DNA of 53,020 nucleotides from positions 5,391-58,410 of the forward strand of contig DFDG01000055.1 of assembly GCA_002367815.1 (NCBI GenBank). The letters are read 5' to 3'. Positions within the stretch are counted from its first letter, which is position 1. Each line of letters opens with the position of its first letter. This DNA is from Opitutaceae bacterium UBA3033 (GTDB taxonomy: Bacteria; Verrucomicrobiota; Verrucomicrobiia; Opitutales; Opitutaceae). Positions 9,078-19,177 of this stretch are shown here, in pieces. A model generated the notes under the pieces. The model saw only the letters and a list, made by a program, of their open reading frames with translations. It did not search any database and was not told the origin of the DNA. The translations under genes and the position numbers were made by a program.

Positions 9078-10094
9078 TTATTTCCCCGACAGCTGCTCGG
9101 CCGTGAGCTCGTTAAGCAGCGGCTCTTCATTGGTAAAGCATTCCAGATTCCGGGAAAAAATATCCCAGAGCCGCACCGCGAAATTAGGGCTCAAACTGGA
9201 GCCGGAAATATGGGGGGTGAATATCACGTTGGGAAATTTCCAAAGCGGATGATCCGGCGGCATCGGATAGTGGTAGTGCGTATCGAGTGCCGCACCCGCG
9301 ATCCACTTTTCCTGGAGGGCTTGGATCAGGGCTGACTCTTTGATGATCGGTCCGCGCGCCGGATTCAGCACGAACGCCCGACATGGCAACAGCTGCAATT
9401 CACGCTCACCAATCAGGCTCTCGGTCGATTTGTTCAAAGGCAGTCCAACGACCAGAAAATCGAGATCACGTAGAAACTCCATTTCCTCTCCAGGGCGAAA
9501 CACTTGATCGGGGAAAACTCCCTCGGGATCACCCGTGCCCGGCACTTGATAAATATTACGGGTGGGACCAACGCCATTACGCGTCATCACTTTTACGTGC
9601 AGTCCCATTTGGCGCGCAAGTCGGGCCGTTTCCCGGCCAATGCCACCATAGCCCCAGATACCCACGGTCTGGCCGCGAATCTCCCGCTGGAAAATGGCCG
9701 AGCGATCCCACACCGCGGCATCCTGGTTGCGGATCAACTGCCGACAATCACGGGTCAGATTGATCATCATTGCGATATTCCATTCGGCAATCGGCACATC
9801 AAAACAACCCCGGGCATTCGTCGCCCGAATACCGCGTGACGGTAGATCATGGGCATAGAGTTGGACGTAACCGGTGGACGCGATTTGCACCCATTTGACT
9901 GCTCGCAAGTCGGCGAAGTTGGTTGGCGGAAAAGTGCAAAACAATACTTCGACCTCCGCGATGCGGGCCGCATCCAATGGCCGGGTCTTTTCTTCCGGCG
10001 GATCGACAATATCGATATCGTAGAGCCCCGTTTTTTGGATCGCTGCCAATGCCGCCGGCACCACCGGCACATCAATCAACAATTTAAAGGCCAT
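9078..10094 (-). CDS. D-2-hydroxyacid dehydrogenase (NAD-binding)
   Basis: GYGGIGRE Rossmann motif, NPARG, GAALD, TPHISG. Confidence 0.92.
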   Translation of the reverse strand: MAFKLLIDVPVVPAALAAIQKTGLYDIDIVDPPEEKTRPLDAARIAEVEVLFCTFPPTNFADLRAVKWVQIASTGYVQLYAHDLPSRGIRATNARGCFDVPIAEWNIAMMINLTRDCRQLIRNQDAAVWDRSAIFQREIRGQTVGIWGYGGIGRETARLARQMGLHVKVMTRNGVGPTRNIYQVPGTGDPEGVFPDQVFRPGEEMEFLRDLDFLVVGLPLNKSTESLIGERELQLLPCRAFVLNPARGPIIKESALIQALQEKWIAGAALDTHYHYPMPPDHPLWKFPNVIFTPHISGSSLSPNFAVRLWDIFSRNLECFTNEEPLLNELTAEQLSGK

Positions 10095-11314
10095 CAGGTG
10101 GAAAGGATTTTTCCGGGCACGCTGTTAAACTCACCCGTGCCGGGCTGGAATGGATAACGCGCCTTGATCTCGTCCGTCAGGATAACGCCAAAGCCCGGAC
10201 GATCAGGCGGCAGGACATGGCCATCCTTTATGATCAAACCCCCATCGATCACATCGGCGTGCAGTCCGGCGTAGTCGGGCGCAATTTCGAGCATGCAAGT
10301 ATTGGGCGCAGCAAATCCGCAATGCACGTTTTGCATGAGTGAGCCGCCCGCTCCCCACGCATGCGTGGCTATCTTGCGGCCCTTCTCCGCCATCATCTTG
10401 GCCACGATCATAAACTCGCCGATTCCCCCAGTGAAGGATGCATCGGGCTGGCCGATATCAAAGCAGTCTTGCTCCGCAAAGACCTTCCATTCGTAACTCG
10501 CCGTCAGGCATTCGCCCCCGGCGATCGGCACTATGGTTGCTTTGCACAATTCCGCGTAGCCCCATGGGTCGGTGTAATGCAGCGGCTCTTCGAGAAAGAA
10601 AGGGGTGAACGGCTCGATCGCTTTCGCTACTGCCGTGGCCACTTCCAGTGTCCAGGTCGCACTCGCATTGTTCCCCATGTGACCATCCATCATCAGCCAA
10701 GCATCGTCGCCGGCGTGATTGCGCATGAAGGCCCATTTGTCCGCCTCAAAATCGGCCGCCGCCTGCGGGTCCATCGGCATATACCATTCCTTCCCGTGGT
10801 CGGAAGTAAAGCTACCCGCCCCCACTTTGATCCCCTTGAATCCCAAGGAAAAATAATGATCAATTTTGCCGGCCAACTTATCCTTGGGATAATTGCTCGG
10901 CCCGCCGGTAGCGTAGCAAGGCAGACGATCATACTTCGCCCCGCCCAACAAAGCATGCACCGGTTGATCAAGCAGCTTGCCCTTCAAATCCCACAATGCC
11001 GCCTCGATGCCATTGAGCACGATTGCTCCCAATCCCACGCGGCACCAGAAATTGCCGCAATGATACATCCGCTGCCAAAGCTCCGGAATGTTGTCCACGT
11101 TCTGTCCGATCAAAATAGACTTAAAAAACTCCACGATGGATGGTACTGTTTCCGGACAAAAATATCCCGCGTAGGTTTCACCGATCCCCGTGTGGTCGCC
11201 ATCCGTGATCACTTCGATAAACGCCGCACTGCGCAGTTTTCGCGCTTCACTCAAATAGGGGTCATTCGTGCATGGTCCCGTCAGGAGAATGGTGCGCACA
11301 TCGGTGATTTTCAT
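10094..11314 (-). CDS. Mandelate racemase/muconate-lactonizing enzyme family (enolase superfamily, probable acid-sugar dehydratase)
   Basis: GIGE, IEAALWDLKGK, KxK (KGIKVG), metal ligands D(MDGH)/E(EEP)/E(GGEC), QPD, H, PGFG. Confidence 0.9.
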   Translation of the reverse strand: MKITDVRTILLTGPCTNDPYLSEARKLRSAAFIEVITDGDHTGIGETYAGYFCPETVPSIVEFFKSILIGQNVDNIPELWQRMYHCGNFWCRVGLGAIVLNGIEAALWDLKGKLLDQPVHALLGGAKYDRLPCYATGGPSNYPKDKLAGKIDHYFSLGFKGIKVGAGSFTSDHGKEWYMPMDPQAAADFEADKWAFMRNHAGDDAWLMMDGHMGNNASATWTLEVATAVAKAIEPFTPFFLEEPLHYTDPWGYAELCKATIVPIAGGECLTASYEWKVFAEQDCFDIGQPDASFTGGIGEFMIVAKMMAEKGRKIATHAWGAGGSLMQNVHCGFAAPNTCMLEIAPDYAGLHADVIDGGLIIKDGHVLPPDRPGFGVILTDEIKARYPFQPGTGEFNSVPGKILST

Positions 11315-11318
11315 AATG

Positions 11319-12725
11319 TCATGCCCAAAGGTTGAGGAGGCGGCCCTCCCAATAAGAGGCAATCAAACACTCGGGAACTTCACTGCTTAAAAATTTCGTG
11401 AAGTAATTCAACTCCGGCGGGACTTGCTCACCATCGGGATCAACGATCCACAACAGATGCCTGGGCTCCAAACGGCGTAAAGTTTCGCCGGCAAATGCGG
11501 ACGCCTCGGCCCGTTTTGGCGGGCAGTGACGGGCCACCACCAGCGCCGTCCACATGAACCGCGCCAGACAGTCACCGTAAATCCAGGATGAGGCAAATGA
11601 CAGCATGGGGTGTCCTCCAAACCATTCCTCGCGGGGCAACCGCTCCGTCATTTTGCAATGCCGCCAACTACGGTCCTTCGAGGACACCATGAACCAGTAG
11701 AGGTAGCCCCATTTGTCCCGATCGAAGCCCAGGGGTTGATCCTCCCACCACAACGCCAGCACCCGGCTCAGATCCTCGTTCGTGAATCGTTCGGGTACGC
11801 ATTCGTGGATAATGACCGCGGAAATCGCGGTGAACTGACAGTGTTGAATCTGCTCCCAATGTGCGAACTCCCCTTCCGCCACCTTGGCCCCGGCAATTTT
11901 ATCCCAAGGTTGGCTCTCATAGGAACCATCGCGAAACTGTCCGACGATATAGTCGAGCCGGCGGTGGGTCATCCACTTGCCCGTAAGCATGACATGCTCA
12001 TAGGCATCCAGATATTTTTGTTCACCCGACATTTTGTAAGCCGCCGCCACGATCGCGGCCATGATCGCATTGTAATCGGAGGGATCGGTCCGCATGCACC
12101 AATTGCCGCCGCTGCGATTGAAAATCGTGTAATCGATCGAAATCTGGTAATCCGCCACCGCCATGATCATGTCGCGAATTTCCGCCTGCTCTTCCGAGGT
12201 AGCAATCGGGAGGAAACTCAACCAACCCCACATGGCATGCAGGTATTGGTCTCCGGTGGTGTGCCCCGAATATTCGAAATGAAAGGGCTTGCCCATGAAA
12301 CCCCGCTGCCCCGCCTCGACCCCCAATTCAAAGACAATGCGCAACGAACGATAAGCGGACCGGGCCGCGGCCATCGCATCCGCTTCACCCGTGGCTTTGA
12401 ACCGGATGCTTTGCGCCGCCAGATGGCTACCGGACGCGGTAATGGAATTCTCGTTACTAAAAAAATCGGTGATCGATTTGAATTTGTGACCGAAGTTAAA
12501 GGAAAACTGATCCATCCCCTCAAAGTCTGTCGTGCGCACCTGCCTTAAACCCTCAGGGGCGACATAAGGCATGCACATCATGATACCACTGGGGTGCACC
12601 CGCGCCGCCGAGGTCACGCGCTCGATTTGCCTAATTTTCTCCTCCGGTGAAAGAGCAGCGAACTCCGGAAAAAGATCATTAATCGGATGTGCCGAAGCCG
12701 CTGGTTGGGTGTTGGGGGTAACCAC
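11319..12725 (-). CDS. Hypothetical protein, Trp/Tyr-rich, possibly an (alpha/alpha) toroid enzyme
   Basis: 468-aa ORF with protein-like composition heading a co-oriented, tightly spaced 4-gene cluster; motif HTTGDQY. Confidence 0.75.
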   Translation of the reverse strand: MVTPNTQPAASAHPINDLFPEFAALSPEEKIRQIERVTSAARVHPSGIMMCMPYVAPEGLRQVRTTDFEGMDQFSFNFGHKFKSITDFFSNENSITASGSHLAAQSIRFKATGEADAMAAARSAYRSLRIVFELGVEAGQRGFMGKPFHFEYSGHTTGDQYLHAMWGWLSFLPIATSEEQAEIRDMIMAVADYQISIDYTIFNRSGGNWCMRTDPSDYNAIMAAIVAAAYKMSGEQKYLDAYEHVMLTGKWMTHRRLDYIVGQFRDGSYESQPWDKIAGAKVAEGEFAHWEQIQHCQFTAISAVIIHECVPERFTNEDLSRVLALWWEDQPLGFDRDKWGYLYWFMVSSKDRSWRHCKMTERLPREEWFGGHPMLSFASSWIYGDCLARFMWTALVVARHCPPKRAEASAFAGETLRRLEPRHLLWIVDPDGEQVPPELNYFTKFLSSEVPECLIASYWEGRLLNLWA

Positions 12726-12793
12726 GGACTAAACGGATGAGCACGGAATCGACTCAAGGGAATCAGAAAAACCAAATTGTTAAGTGAAAACAT

Positions 12794-12828
12794 AAAAAAG
12801 CTGCATAGCGCCAAGGCGTTATGCAGCT
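12794..12828 (-). terminator. Intrinsic terminator after the DEAD-box helicase
   Basis: AGCTGCATAACGCC-TT-GGCGCTATGCAGCT followed by a T-run on the minus strand. Confidence 0.8.
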
Positions 12829-12868
12829 GAAATAGTTAACGGAGATTCAGTAACCTGAATCCGAATTA

Positions 12869-14107
12869 TTACCGGCGACCACCACGGCCGCCACGGAAGC
12901 CCCCGCGTTGTTGCGGGTAATCACCATGAGCAGCTGCGCGGCCCCGGCTTTCGCGTTGTTCGGGCGGACGATCAGGCCGGGGCGTATAAGGACCGTAGGG
13001 AAAGCCGGCGAGTTTGAGCTCGGGAATCTTTGAACCGATGAAGCGTTGGATATCACGGATGTCTTTTTCGTTCTCAGGGGTGACCAGCGTGAAAGCATCA
13101 CCCACGGCCTGCGCGCGTCCGGTGCGACCAATGCGATGCACATAATCCTCCGGTTTCTCCGGTACATCGTAATTGATTACGTGGGAGACACCGGCAACGT
13201 CGATGCCCCGGGCCGCGATATCGGTCGCGACCATCACTTCGTATTTCCCCGACTTAAAACCATCGAGCGCTTCGATACGTTGATTTTGCGAGCGATTCGA
13301 GTGGAGCACGCCGACCGAATGATTGGCCGCCTTGAGGCGACGCGCGATCTTGTCGGCTCCATGTTTGGTGCGCGAGAAAATGAGCACGCTGTCAAAATCC
13401 GTCTTCTCCAACAGAGCGAGCAGCAGATCAAATTTTTGGTCATAGCCCACCGGATAAAGCGCATGCTTGACGGCCTCGTTGACCGTCCGGGCGATTCCCA
13501 CCTCGATGCGGCTCGGATTGCGCAATGCGAATGAGGCGATGGCCTGAATTTCAGGCGGCACGGTCGCGGAAAAAAGCAGGGTCTGACGCTCGCGCGGGCA
13601 CCGGGAAATGATGTCTTTGACCACGGGCAGAAAGCCCATGTCGAGCATGTGATCGACCTCGTCGAGGACGAGAGTGTTGATGTCGCGGAGATTGATCGTA
13701 CCGGCCTTGAGGTAATCCATCAGGCGACCGGGAGTGGCGGCAATGATGTCGACCCCACGGCTGAGTTCCTTGCGTTGGTTGCCGTAACCCACCCCGCCGA
13801 AAACGGCAACCGTGCGCAGGTCGGTGAAACGGGCGAAATCGCGAAAGGCAGTTTCGACTTGGGCCGCGAGTTCGCGGGTCGGCTCGAGAATGAGCACGCG
13901 GGTTTTGCCGTGACTCCCGAGACGAGTGAGAATCGGCAGCGCGAAGGCCGCGGTCTTGCCGGTGCCGGTCTGGGCGGAGCCGATGACATCGCCACCGGCG
14001 AGCACGAGTGGAATTGCACGCAACTGAATGGGCGTGGGATCAGAATAGCCGGCGGCTTGGACACCGCGGAGCACAGGTTCTGAGAGATTGAGAGCTTTAA
14101 AAGACAT
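12869..14107 (-). CDS. DEAD-box ATP-dependent RNA helicase (RhlE-like; motif II is DEVD)
   Basis: Q motif PTPIQ, AQTGTGKT, PTRELA, TPGRL, DEVD, SAT, ARGID, HRIGRTGR, RGG tail. Confidence 0.95.
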   Translation of the reverse strand: MSFKALNLSEPVLRGVQAAGYSDPTPIQLRAIPLVLAGGDVIGSAQTGTGKTAAFALPILTRLGSHGKTRVLILEPTRELAAQVETAFRDFARFTDLRTVAVFGGVGYGNQRKELSRGVDIIAATPGRLMDYLKAGTINLRDINTLVLDEVDHMLDMGFLPVVKDIISRCPRERQTLLFSATVPPEIQAIASFALRNPSRIEVGIARTVNEAVKHALYPVGYDQKFDLLLALLEKTDFDSVLIFSRTKHGADKIARRLKAANHSVGVLHSNRSQNQRIEALDGFKSGKYEVMVATDIAARGIDVAGVSHVINYDVPEKPEDYVHRIGRTGRAQAVGDAFTLVTPENEKDIRDIQRFIGSKIPELKLAGFPYGPYTPRPDRPPEQRESRGRAAAHGDYPQQRGGFRGGRGGRR

Positions 14108-14225
14108 GATAATGGAGCGGGTCGGTTGATGTCGGGAGTTCCCGACCGAGGCGCGCGACCCGCGCGCCATTGGACAAGTAATATTGCCTGTCTTTACCCT
14201 GCGTAAAATGCAGGTGCTGTTAGAC

Positions 14226-14260
14226 AAAAAAGGACGGACCCCAATTGAGGGCTCCGTCCC
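14226..14260 (-). terminator. Intrinsic terminator after the RRM gene
   Basis: GGGACGGAGCCC-TCAATT-GGGGTCCGTCC-TTTTTT. Confidence 0.85.
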
Positions 14261-14292
14261 TTGAAAATCGGTTTATTGGACCGGTGTAGGGA

Positions 14293-14685
14293 TTAGTAAC
14301 GACGCTCGCCACGATCGCGATCGCCACCGCGACCACCACCGCCGAAACCGCCACGACCACCGCCGCCGCCACCGCCGCCGCCGAAGCCACGACCGCCGCC
14401 GCCGCCGCCACCGAAGCCGCCACCTGGACGTTCTTCCTTGGGGCGTGCTTCGTTAACCGTCAATTGACGGCCATCGAGTTCGGAGCCATTAACTTTCTCT
14501 GCAGCTGTCTGCGCTTCTTCTGCTGTGCCCATGGTCACGAATGCGAAGCCACGAGGGCGACCAGTCATACGGTCCATTGCGACGTAGACGTCAGTCACAC
14601 TGCCATGCTGACCGAAGTGTGAACGGAGTTCGTCTTCAGTCGTCTTGAATGACAGGTTGCCGACATATAGTTTTGAATTACTCAT
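14293..14685 (-). CDS. RRM-domain RNA-binding protein with Gly/Arg-rich tail
   Basis: RNP2 KLYVGNL, RNP1 [24 protein letters not shown] repeats. Confidence 0.95.
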   Translation of the reverse strand: MSNSKLYVGNLSFKTTEDELRSHFGQHGSVTDVYVAMDRMTGRPRGFAFVTMGTAEEAQTAAEKVNGSELDGRQLTVNEARPKEERPGGGFGGGGGGGRGFGGGGGGGGGRGGFGGGGRGGDRDRGERRY

Positions 14686-14879
14686 CTGATGATTCGAAGA
14701 TACACCGTCTGCTGCCAGTTCCGTTCCCACCGTGGGTTTCGAAATCATCACTAGAGCCTCTGCTCAGCTAACGACTCACCAGATCCTGTCATCTAACGCT
14801 TTCTCTATCGAGGGCGGCAGCAAGGCAGACCCCGGCTGATGACACAAGCTTAAACCCCGGGGGCTTATTCCCCGCCCTA

Positions 14880-15293
14880 TCAGATGGAATACTTGGCTTT
14901 GATATCTTCGGGCAAAGGAGTGGCCCGACCAGTGGCGAGAGTGACCAAGGTATAATCGCAATATCCATCACACACCCTTTTGCCGGTGGGCAATTTTTCG
15001 ATTTCAAAAGCCACCCGACAACCGGTTCCCGTGAAATGCATGATCCAGCAGCGCACCGTCATCCTGTCTCCCCACCCCAACGGTCGTTTGTATTGGATAT
15101 TCGCCGCCGCCATGAACCAGCCCAGGCCACGGGAAGCAAAATCCTGCATGGACATGCCGTAGCATCGCTCCATCTGGTCAAATCGCGCCGCCAGCATGTA
15201 GTCCAGATAACGCGTGCTGTGCACGTGTTGGTAAAGATCGATATCGTCGGGCCGGACCGATAACTCGGTCTCAAATTTGGAATAGACGTTCAT
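14880..15293 (-). CDS. Acyl-CoA thioesterase (4HBT/YbgC hotdog fold)
   Basis: VRPDDIDLYQHVHSTRYLDY, IQYKRPL. Confidence 0.88.
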   Translation of the reverse strand: MNVYSKFETELSVRPDDIDLYQHVHSTRYLDYMLAARFDQMERCYGMSMQDFASRGLGWFMAAANIQYKRPLGWGDRMTVRCWIMHFTGTGCRVAFEIEKLPTGKRVCDGYCDYTLVTLATGRATPLPEDIKAKYSI

Positions 15294-15397
15294 GGGAGAG
15301 CGATAGAAATATGGGAAGGATTGGGGTTATTTATAATTTGGATCAAAGTGGGCGGCAAGCTGGCTCGCGCCGATGATCTGCCCGCAGCTAGGTTTAA

Positions 15398-15760
15398 TCA
15401 TTCCCGTAGACGCTCCAAGGCACGACGATCACGTTTGGTCGGACGCCCGGTCCCTTTCTCGCGGGCCAACAATTGCTGCACACGATGGGCTTGGGCTTTT
15501 TCGATTTCTTCCGGTGGCGTCAGGTCAGTGTAAAATTCTGGCACGAGCTTGGCCGCTACTCGTGACCCGGGTGCGGCGATCACACGCAAAGTGCGATCGA
15601 TCAGACCCTGCCTCACTTTGATCATGTCACCGACCTGCACTTCCCGCGCCGGTTTAATCGGCTGTTCATCAATCTGCACCGAACCGGCACGACAAGCCGC
15701 GGTGGCCAAAGCCCGGGTTTTAAAAAGCCGCACGCACCAGAGCCATTTGTCGATGCGCAT
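15398..15760 (-). CDS. hslR: Ribosome-associated heat-shock protein Hsp15 (S4 domain)
   Basis: MRIDKWLWCVRLFKTRALA, GRPTKRDRR. Confidence 0.92.
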   Translation of the reverse strand: MRIDKWLWCVRLFKTRALATAACRAGSVQIDEQPIKPAREVQVGDMIKVRQGLIDRTLRVIAAPGSRVAAKLVPEFYTDLTPPEEIEKAQAHRVQQLLAREKGTGRPTKRDRRALERLRE

Positions 15761-15840
15761 GCTGACGGGGGTAAAAGACACGGCCGCGAGTCTGGCTAAC
15801 CCGCGGCCGGAGGCAAATTGGATTTCAGGCGGTTCGAGCC

Positions 15841-16368
15841 TTACTTGGCCTTGGCTGCTTGGATATCCTTTCGGATCCAGTCATTGAGCAATTCCTTCTC
15901 GTAATTAAGCTCTTCATTGCGGCGCAGCGTGAGGTGCATCATAAAACCGAGATCGCGTAATTCGCGGGCGCCCTCCTTGAACACTTTGCCATCAGCACCG
16001 ATCAGTTTGAAACTGAGATCGATCCGCGGTGGGTAGATATCCTTGATGATTCGAATATCATCACTACCGGGTTGGTGCCATGGCTCAAAATCCCCCGCCA
16101 TATCAACATTGGTAACCGTAACTTCCAGTTTTTGACCATCCCCAATGGATTTGCCCGCTTGCGCAACAATATGCTGCTGGATGAGGTCGAGGTAGGCCGC
16201 CTGGCCTTTCTCTGTCGGCATATAGGCGTCGCGCACATCGGAAAATTTATCTGCCTCAAAAAATGTGACTTTAACTTTCTGGTCATTCCCGGACATATCC
16301 TCCGCGACCGCGATGCCTGTAATACTAAAGCCGACGATGGCTGCCATGACGATATACTTGGTTTTCAT
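15841..16368 (-). CDS. DUF3016-like exported protein
   Basis: Signal peptide; DVDMAG-like motif (NVDMAGDFEPW), DIRIIKDIYPPRI, YEKELLNDW. Confidence 0.8.
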   Translation of the reverse strand: MKTKYIVMAAIVGFSITGIAVAEDMSGNDQKVKVTFFEADKFSDVRDAYMPTEKGQAAYLDLIQQHIVAQAGKSIGDGQKLEVTVTNVDMAGDFEPWHQPGSDDIRIIKDIYPPRIDLSFKLIGADGKVFKEGARELRDLGFMMHLTLRRNEELNYEKELLNDWIRKDIQAAKAK

Positions 16369-16474
16369 AAGGAGCCTCAGACCAATCGGTGGGTAGAAAG
16401 TTTCATCCCCACCTGTTTCGACAGGAAACATAATCAAAGAACATTCGTATTTTGGTAACGTAAACTCTGGTTGA

Positions 16475-19177
16475 TCAATAAGCTGAGCCAACATGGACGG
16501 ACAATTTTTCAATGGTAACCGCCGTTATTTTATATTCCGGAGTCTTGGTATAATTATCCAATTGGGCGGTGGTTATCTGGTTGAGGAATACCTTGGCGTT
16601 ATGAAACGTGGTATAAACCTCTCCCGATTTCACGTTGTCACTGATGCCCACCGGCAACTCCACGGCACCCTGTTTGCTGCGCAGCCGTATCATCTCACCA
16701 TCCGTGATGTCGAGTCGGGCAGCATCGTCCGACGAGATCTGCAGGGTATCAGTCACATGCAGGCTGGCATTCCGCGTCTGGCCGGTTTGCGTGGCCGCAT
16801 TATAATGATAAAGGTTACGACCGGTAGTGAGGATGAAGGGGTATTCTTCACTGGTCACCTTTGGCGGCGGTAGAAACTCTATGCGACGAAGAGCGGTGGT
16901 CTTACCATGGGTGAAGTGGTCCACATGCATGATCGGCATACCGGGATCGTTTTCATCGAGACAGGGCCACTGCATCCCGCCGAGCTTATCCAGACGGGCA
17001 TAGCTGATGCCTGCCCCTTCGGGCCAGAGTGATCTGACTTCATCCCAGATTTGTTCAGCCGAATCGTAAGCGAAGTGTTCTCCTTTACCCATCGCTTGGG
17101 CAACCTGACAGACAATTTCCCAATCTGAACGGGCCTGGCCCTGCGGCAGAGCCGCCCCACGCACGCGTTGAATGCGGCGTTCGCCATTCATGAACGTGCC
17201 GTCCTTTTCGAAGGATGAAGCGGCGGGTAAAAACACGTCGCCGAACTCGCGGGCCGTGGCGTTCATGAAAAGATCCTGCACAATAACGAGATCTATTTGC
17301 TCCAGCGCCCGTCGCGTTTCATTCGCATTCGGATTCGTCATCAAGATGTCGTAACCGATGGACCACAGGGCCTTGAATTTACCCTTCGTGGCCGCCTCCA
17401 ACATTTCGATCATGTTAAGACCGGGATGCGTGGGCAGGGGTGAATGGTAAGCGGCCTCAAATTTATCACGGGCTTCAGTCAATGGCACGTAGCCAGCGAG
17501 GAGTTTCGGCTCGCAGCCCATGTGGGGAGCGCCTTGGACATTGTTCTGACCACGCAGGGGATTGATGCCCGAACCAGGCTTACCGATGTTGCCCGTGAGC
17601 AGCGCTATGTTGACCAACGCCATGATGCCTTCGGTGCCCTGCACATGTTCCGTCATGCCGAGACCGTGAACACTGAGCGAGGGTTTGTTGCCGGCGTAGA
17701 GGCGCGCCGCTTGGCGAATCTTGGCCGCCGGCACTCCGCAAATATCCTCCACTTTCTCGGGCAAAAACTCGCGGATAAAATCGCGATATTCCTCGAATTC
17801 GGTGATACGGGTACGCAGGAATTCTTCATCAACCAGACCTTCGTCGACAATCGTCGCCCCCATCGCGTTGAAGAGCACGACGTTGGTGCCGGGGTGCAAT
17901 TGCAGATGCAGCGTGGCGTATTCGCACAGTTCGATCACGCGGGGATCCACCACAATTAAGTTAGCCCCATGGATCGCCGCCTGTTTGATCCGAGCACCCG
18001 TTACGGGATGGCCTTCGGTCGGGTTGGCTCCGCAAACAATGATGGTTTTCGCGATCTCGATTTCATCGAGCGAATTGGTGGCCGCACCGGTGCCCAAGGT
18101 CATCTTCATCGCGGCCGCCGTCGGCGAATGACAGACGCGGGCGCAGCAATCGATGTTGTTGGTGCCGAGAACCAAGCGGGCGAATTTCTGGGCCACGTAA
18201 TTTTCCTCGTTGGTGCCACGAGCAGAACTGAGCACGCCGATGCTGTCCGGCCCATGCTCAGCGGCCGTCGCGGTGAATCGGTCGGAAATATATTTAATCA
18301 CTTCATCCCAACTCACATCCTGCCATTTCCCTTCCCGCCTGATCATCGGCGAAGTGATGCGTTCATCGGCGTAAACGTAATCGAAAGCGTAACGACCCTT
18401 CACACAGGTATGGCCGTGATTACTCGGTCCATCGGATGGGCGGATCGTGGTGATCTTGCCTTCGCGAGTGCCTACTTCCACTTCGCAACCCGTGCCGCAG
18501 TAGGAACAAATGGTTTTGGTCCATTCGGTTGGCACCCCACGCACGAGGACCGTAATGTCTTCCAGCGCGCCGGAAGGACACGTGTCCACACAGGCGCCAC
18601 AACTTACGCAACCGCCATCGAGCAGGGTTTCGCCACGAACCGGGAGGATGCGGGTTTCGTCACCGCGATTCCAAGCTTTCCAGACGAATTGACCCTGCAC
18701 CTCCTCGCAGATGCGAACGCAACGGAAACAGGTCACACACTGCGACATGTCGATGTTGATGTAGGGGTGCGACGAATCCTTCATGAACGGCACCTCGGGC
18801 TGGGGCGCCGTGCGCGAACCACCCGCCTTCACTTCATATTCGTTGAGGTAGCGATGAAATTGTTTCTCCGGAAAATCCGCGACGGCCTCCGCCGGATAAT
18901 TTTTCGCGAGGAGCCCGAGCAGGGTCTTGCGCACCCCTTGGACTTCTGGCGAATGGGTGAGCACTTCCATACCATCGCGAATCTGTGTGTTACAGGCCGT
19001 GACGAGCCCATTCATGCCTTTGACCGCAACCGAGCAAAGGCGACACGATCCATACGGATCGATCCGGTCATCGTGGCAAAGCGTGGGCACTTCGAGGTCG
19101 ATCTGACGAAACGCCTCATTGATGGTGAGGCCTTCGGGAAACTGGTGCGACTGACCGTTGATAATTACTTGAAGCAT
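16475..19177 (-). CDS. fdhF: Formate dehydrogenase alpha subunit (Mo/W-bisPGD; FdsA/FdhF-like; Cys ligand)
   Basis: N-terminal 2Fe-2S (PTLCH..CRLC..AC), two CxxCxxCxxxC ferredoxin motifs, CSYCGTGC, active site CARVCHS, LRGQNNVQG, LTTGR, TPEYK. Confidence 0.93.
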   Translation of the reverse strand: MLQVIINGQSHQFPEGLTINEAFRQIDLEVPTLCHDDRIDPYGSCRLCSVAVKGMNGLVTACNTQIRDGMEVLTHSPEVQGVRKTLLGLLAKNYPAEAVADFPEKQFHRYLNEYEVKAGGSRTAPQPEVPFMKDSSHPYINIDMSQCVTCFRCVRICEEVQGQFVWKAWNRGDETRILPVRGETLLDGGCVSCGACVDTCPSGALEDITVLVRGVPTEWTKTICSYCGTGCEVEVGTREGKITTIRPSDGPSNHGHTCVKGRYAFDYVYADERITSPMIRREGKWQDVSWDEVIKYISDRFTATAAEHGPDSIGVLSSARGTNEENYVAQKFARLVLGTNNIDCCARVCHSPTAAAMKMTLGTGAATNSLDEIEIAKTIIVCGANPTEGHPVTGARIKQAAIHGANLIVVDPRVIELCEYATLHLQLHPGTNVVLFNAMGATIVDEGLVDEEFLRTRITEFEEYRDFIREFLPEKVEDICGVPAAKIRQAARLYAGNKPSLSVHGLGMTEHVQGTEGIMALVNIALLTGNIGKPGSGINPLRGQNNVQGAPHMGCEPKLLAGYVPLTEARDKFEAAYHSPLPTHPGLNMIEMLEAATKGKFKALWSIGYDILMTNPNANETRRALEQIDLVIVQDLFMNATAREFGDVFLPAASSFEKDGTFMNGERRIQRVRGAALPQGQARSDWEIVCQVAQAMGKGEHFAYDSAEQIWDEVRSLWPEGAGISYARLDKLGGMQWPCLDENDPGMPIMHVDHFTHGKTTALRRIEFLPPPKVTSEEYPFILTTGRNLYHYNAATQTGQTRNASLHVTDTLQISSDDAARLDITDGEMIRLRSKQGAVELPVGISDNVKSGEVYTTFHNAKVFLNQITTAQLDNYTKTPEYKITAVTIEKLSVHVGSAY

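Noticed and set aside
14310-14425. GCC/CCG-rich tandem repeat as an independent element
   Set aside because: It simply encodes the Gly/Arg-rich tail of the RRM protein.
18120-18150. Selenocysteine in formate dehydrogenase
   Set aside because: The active site reads CARVCHS with a Cys codon and the ORF is uninterrupted.
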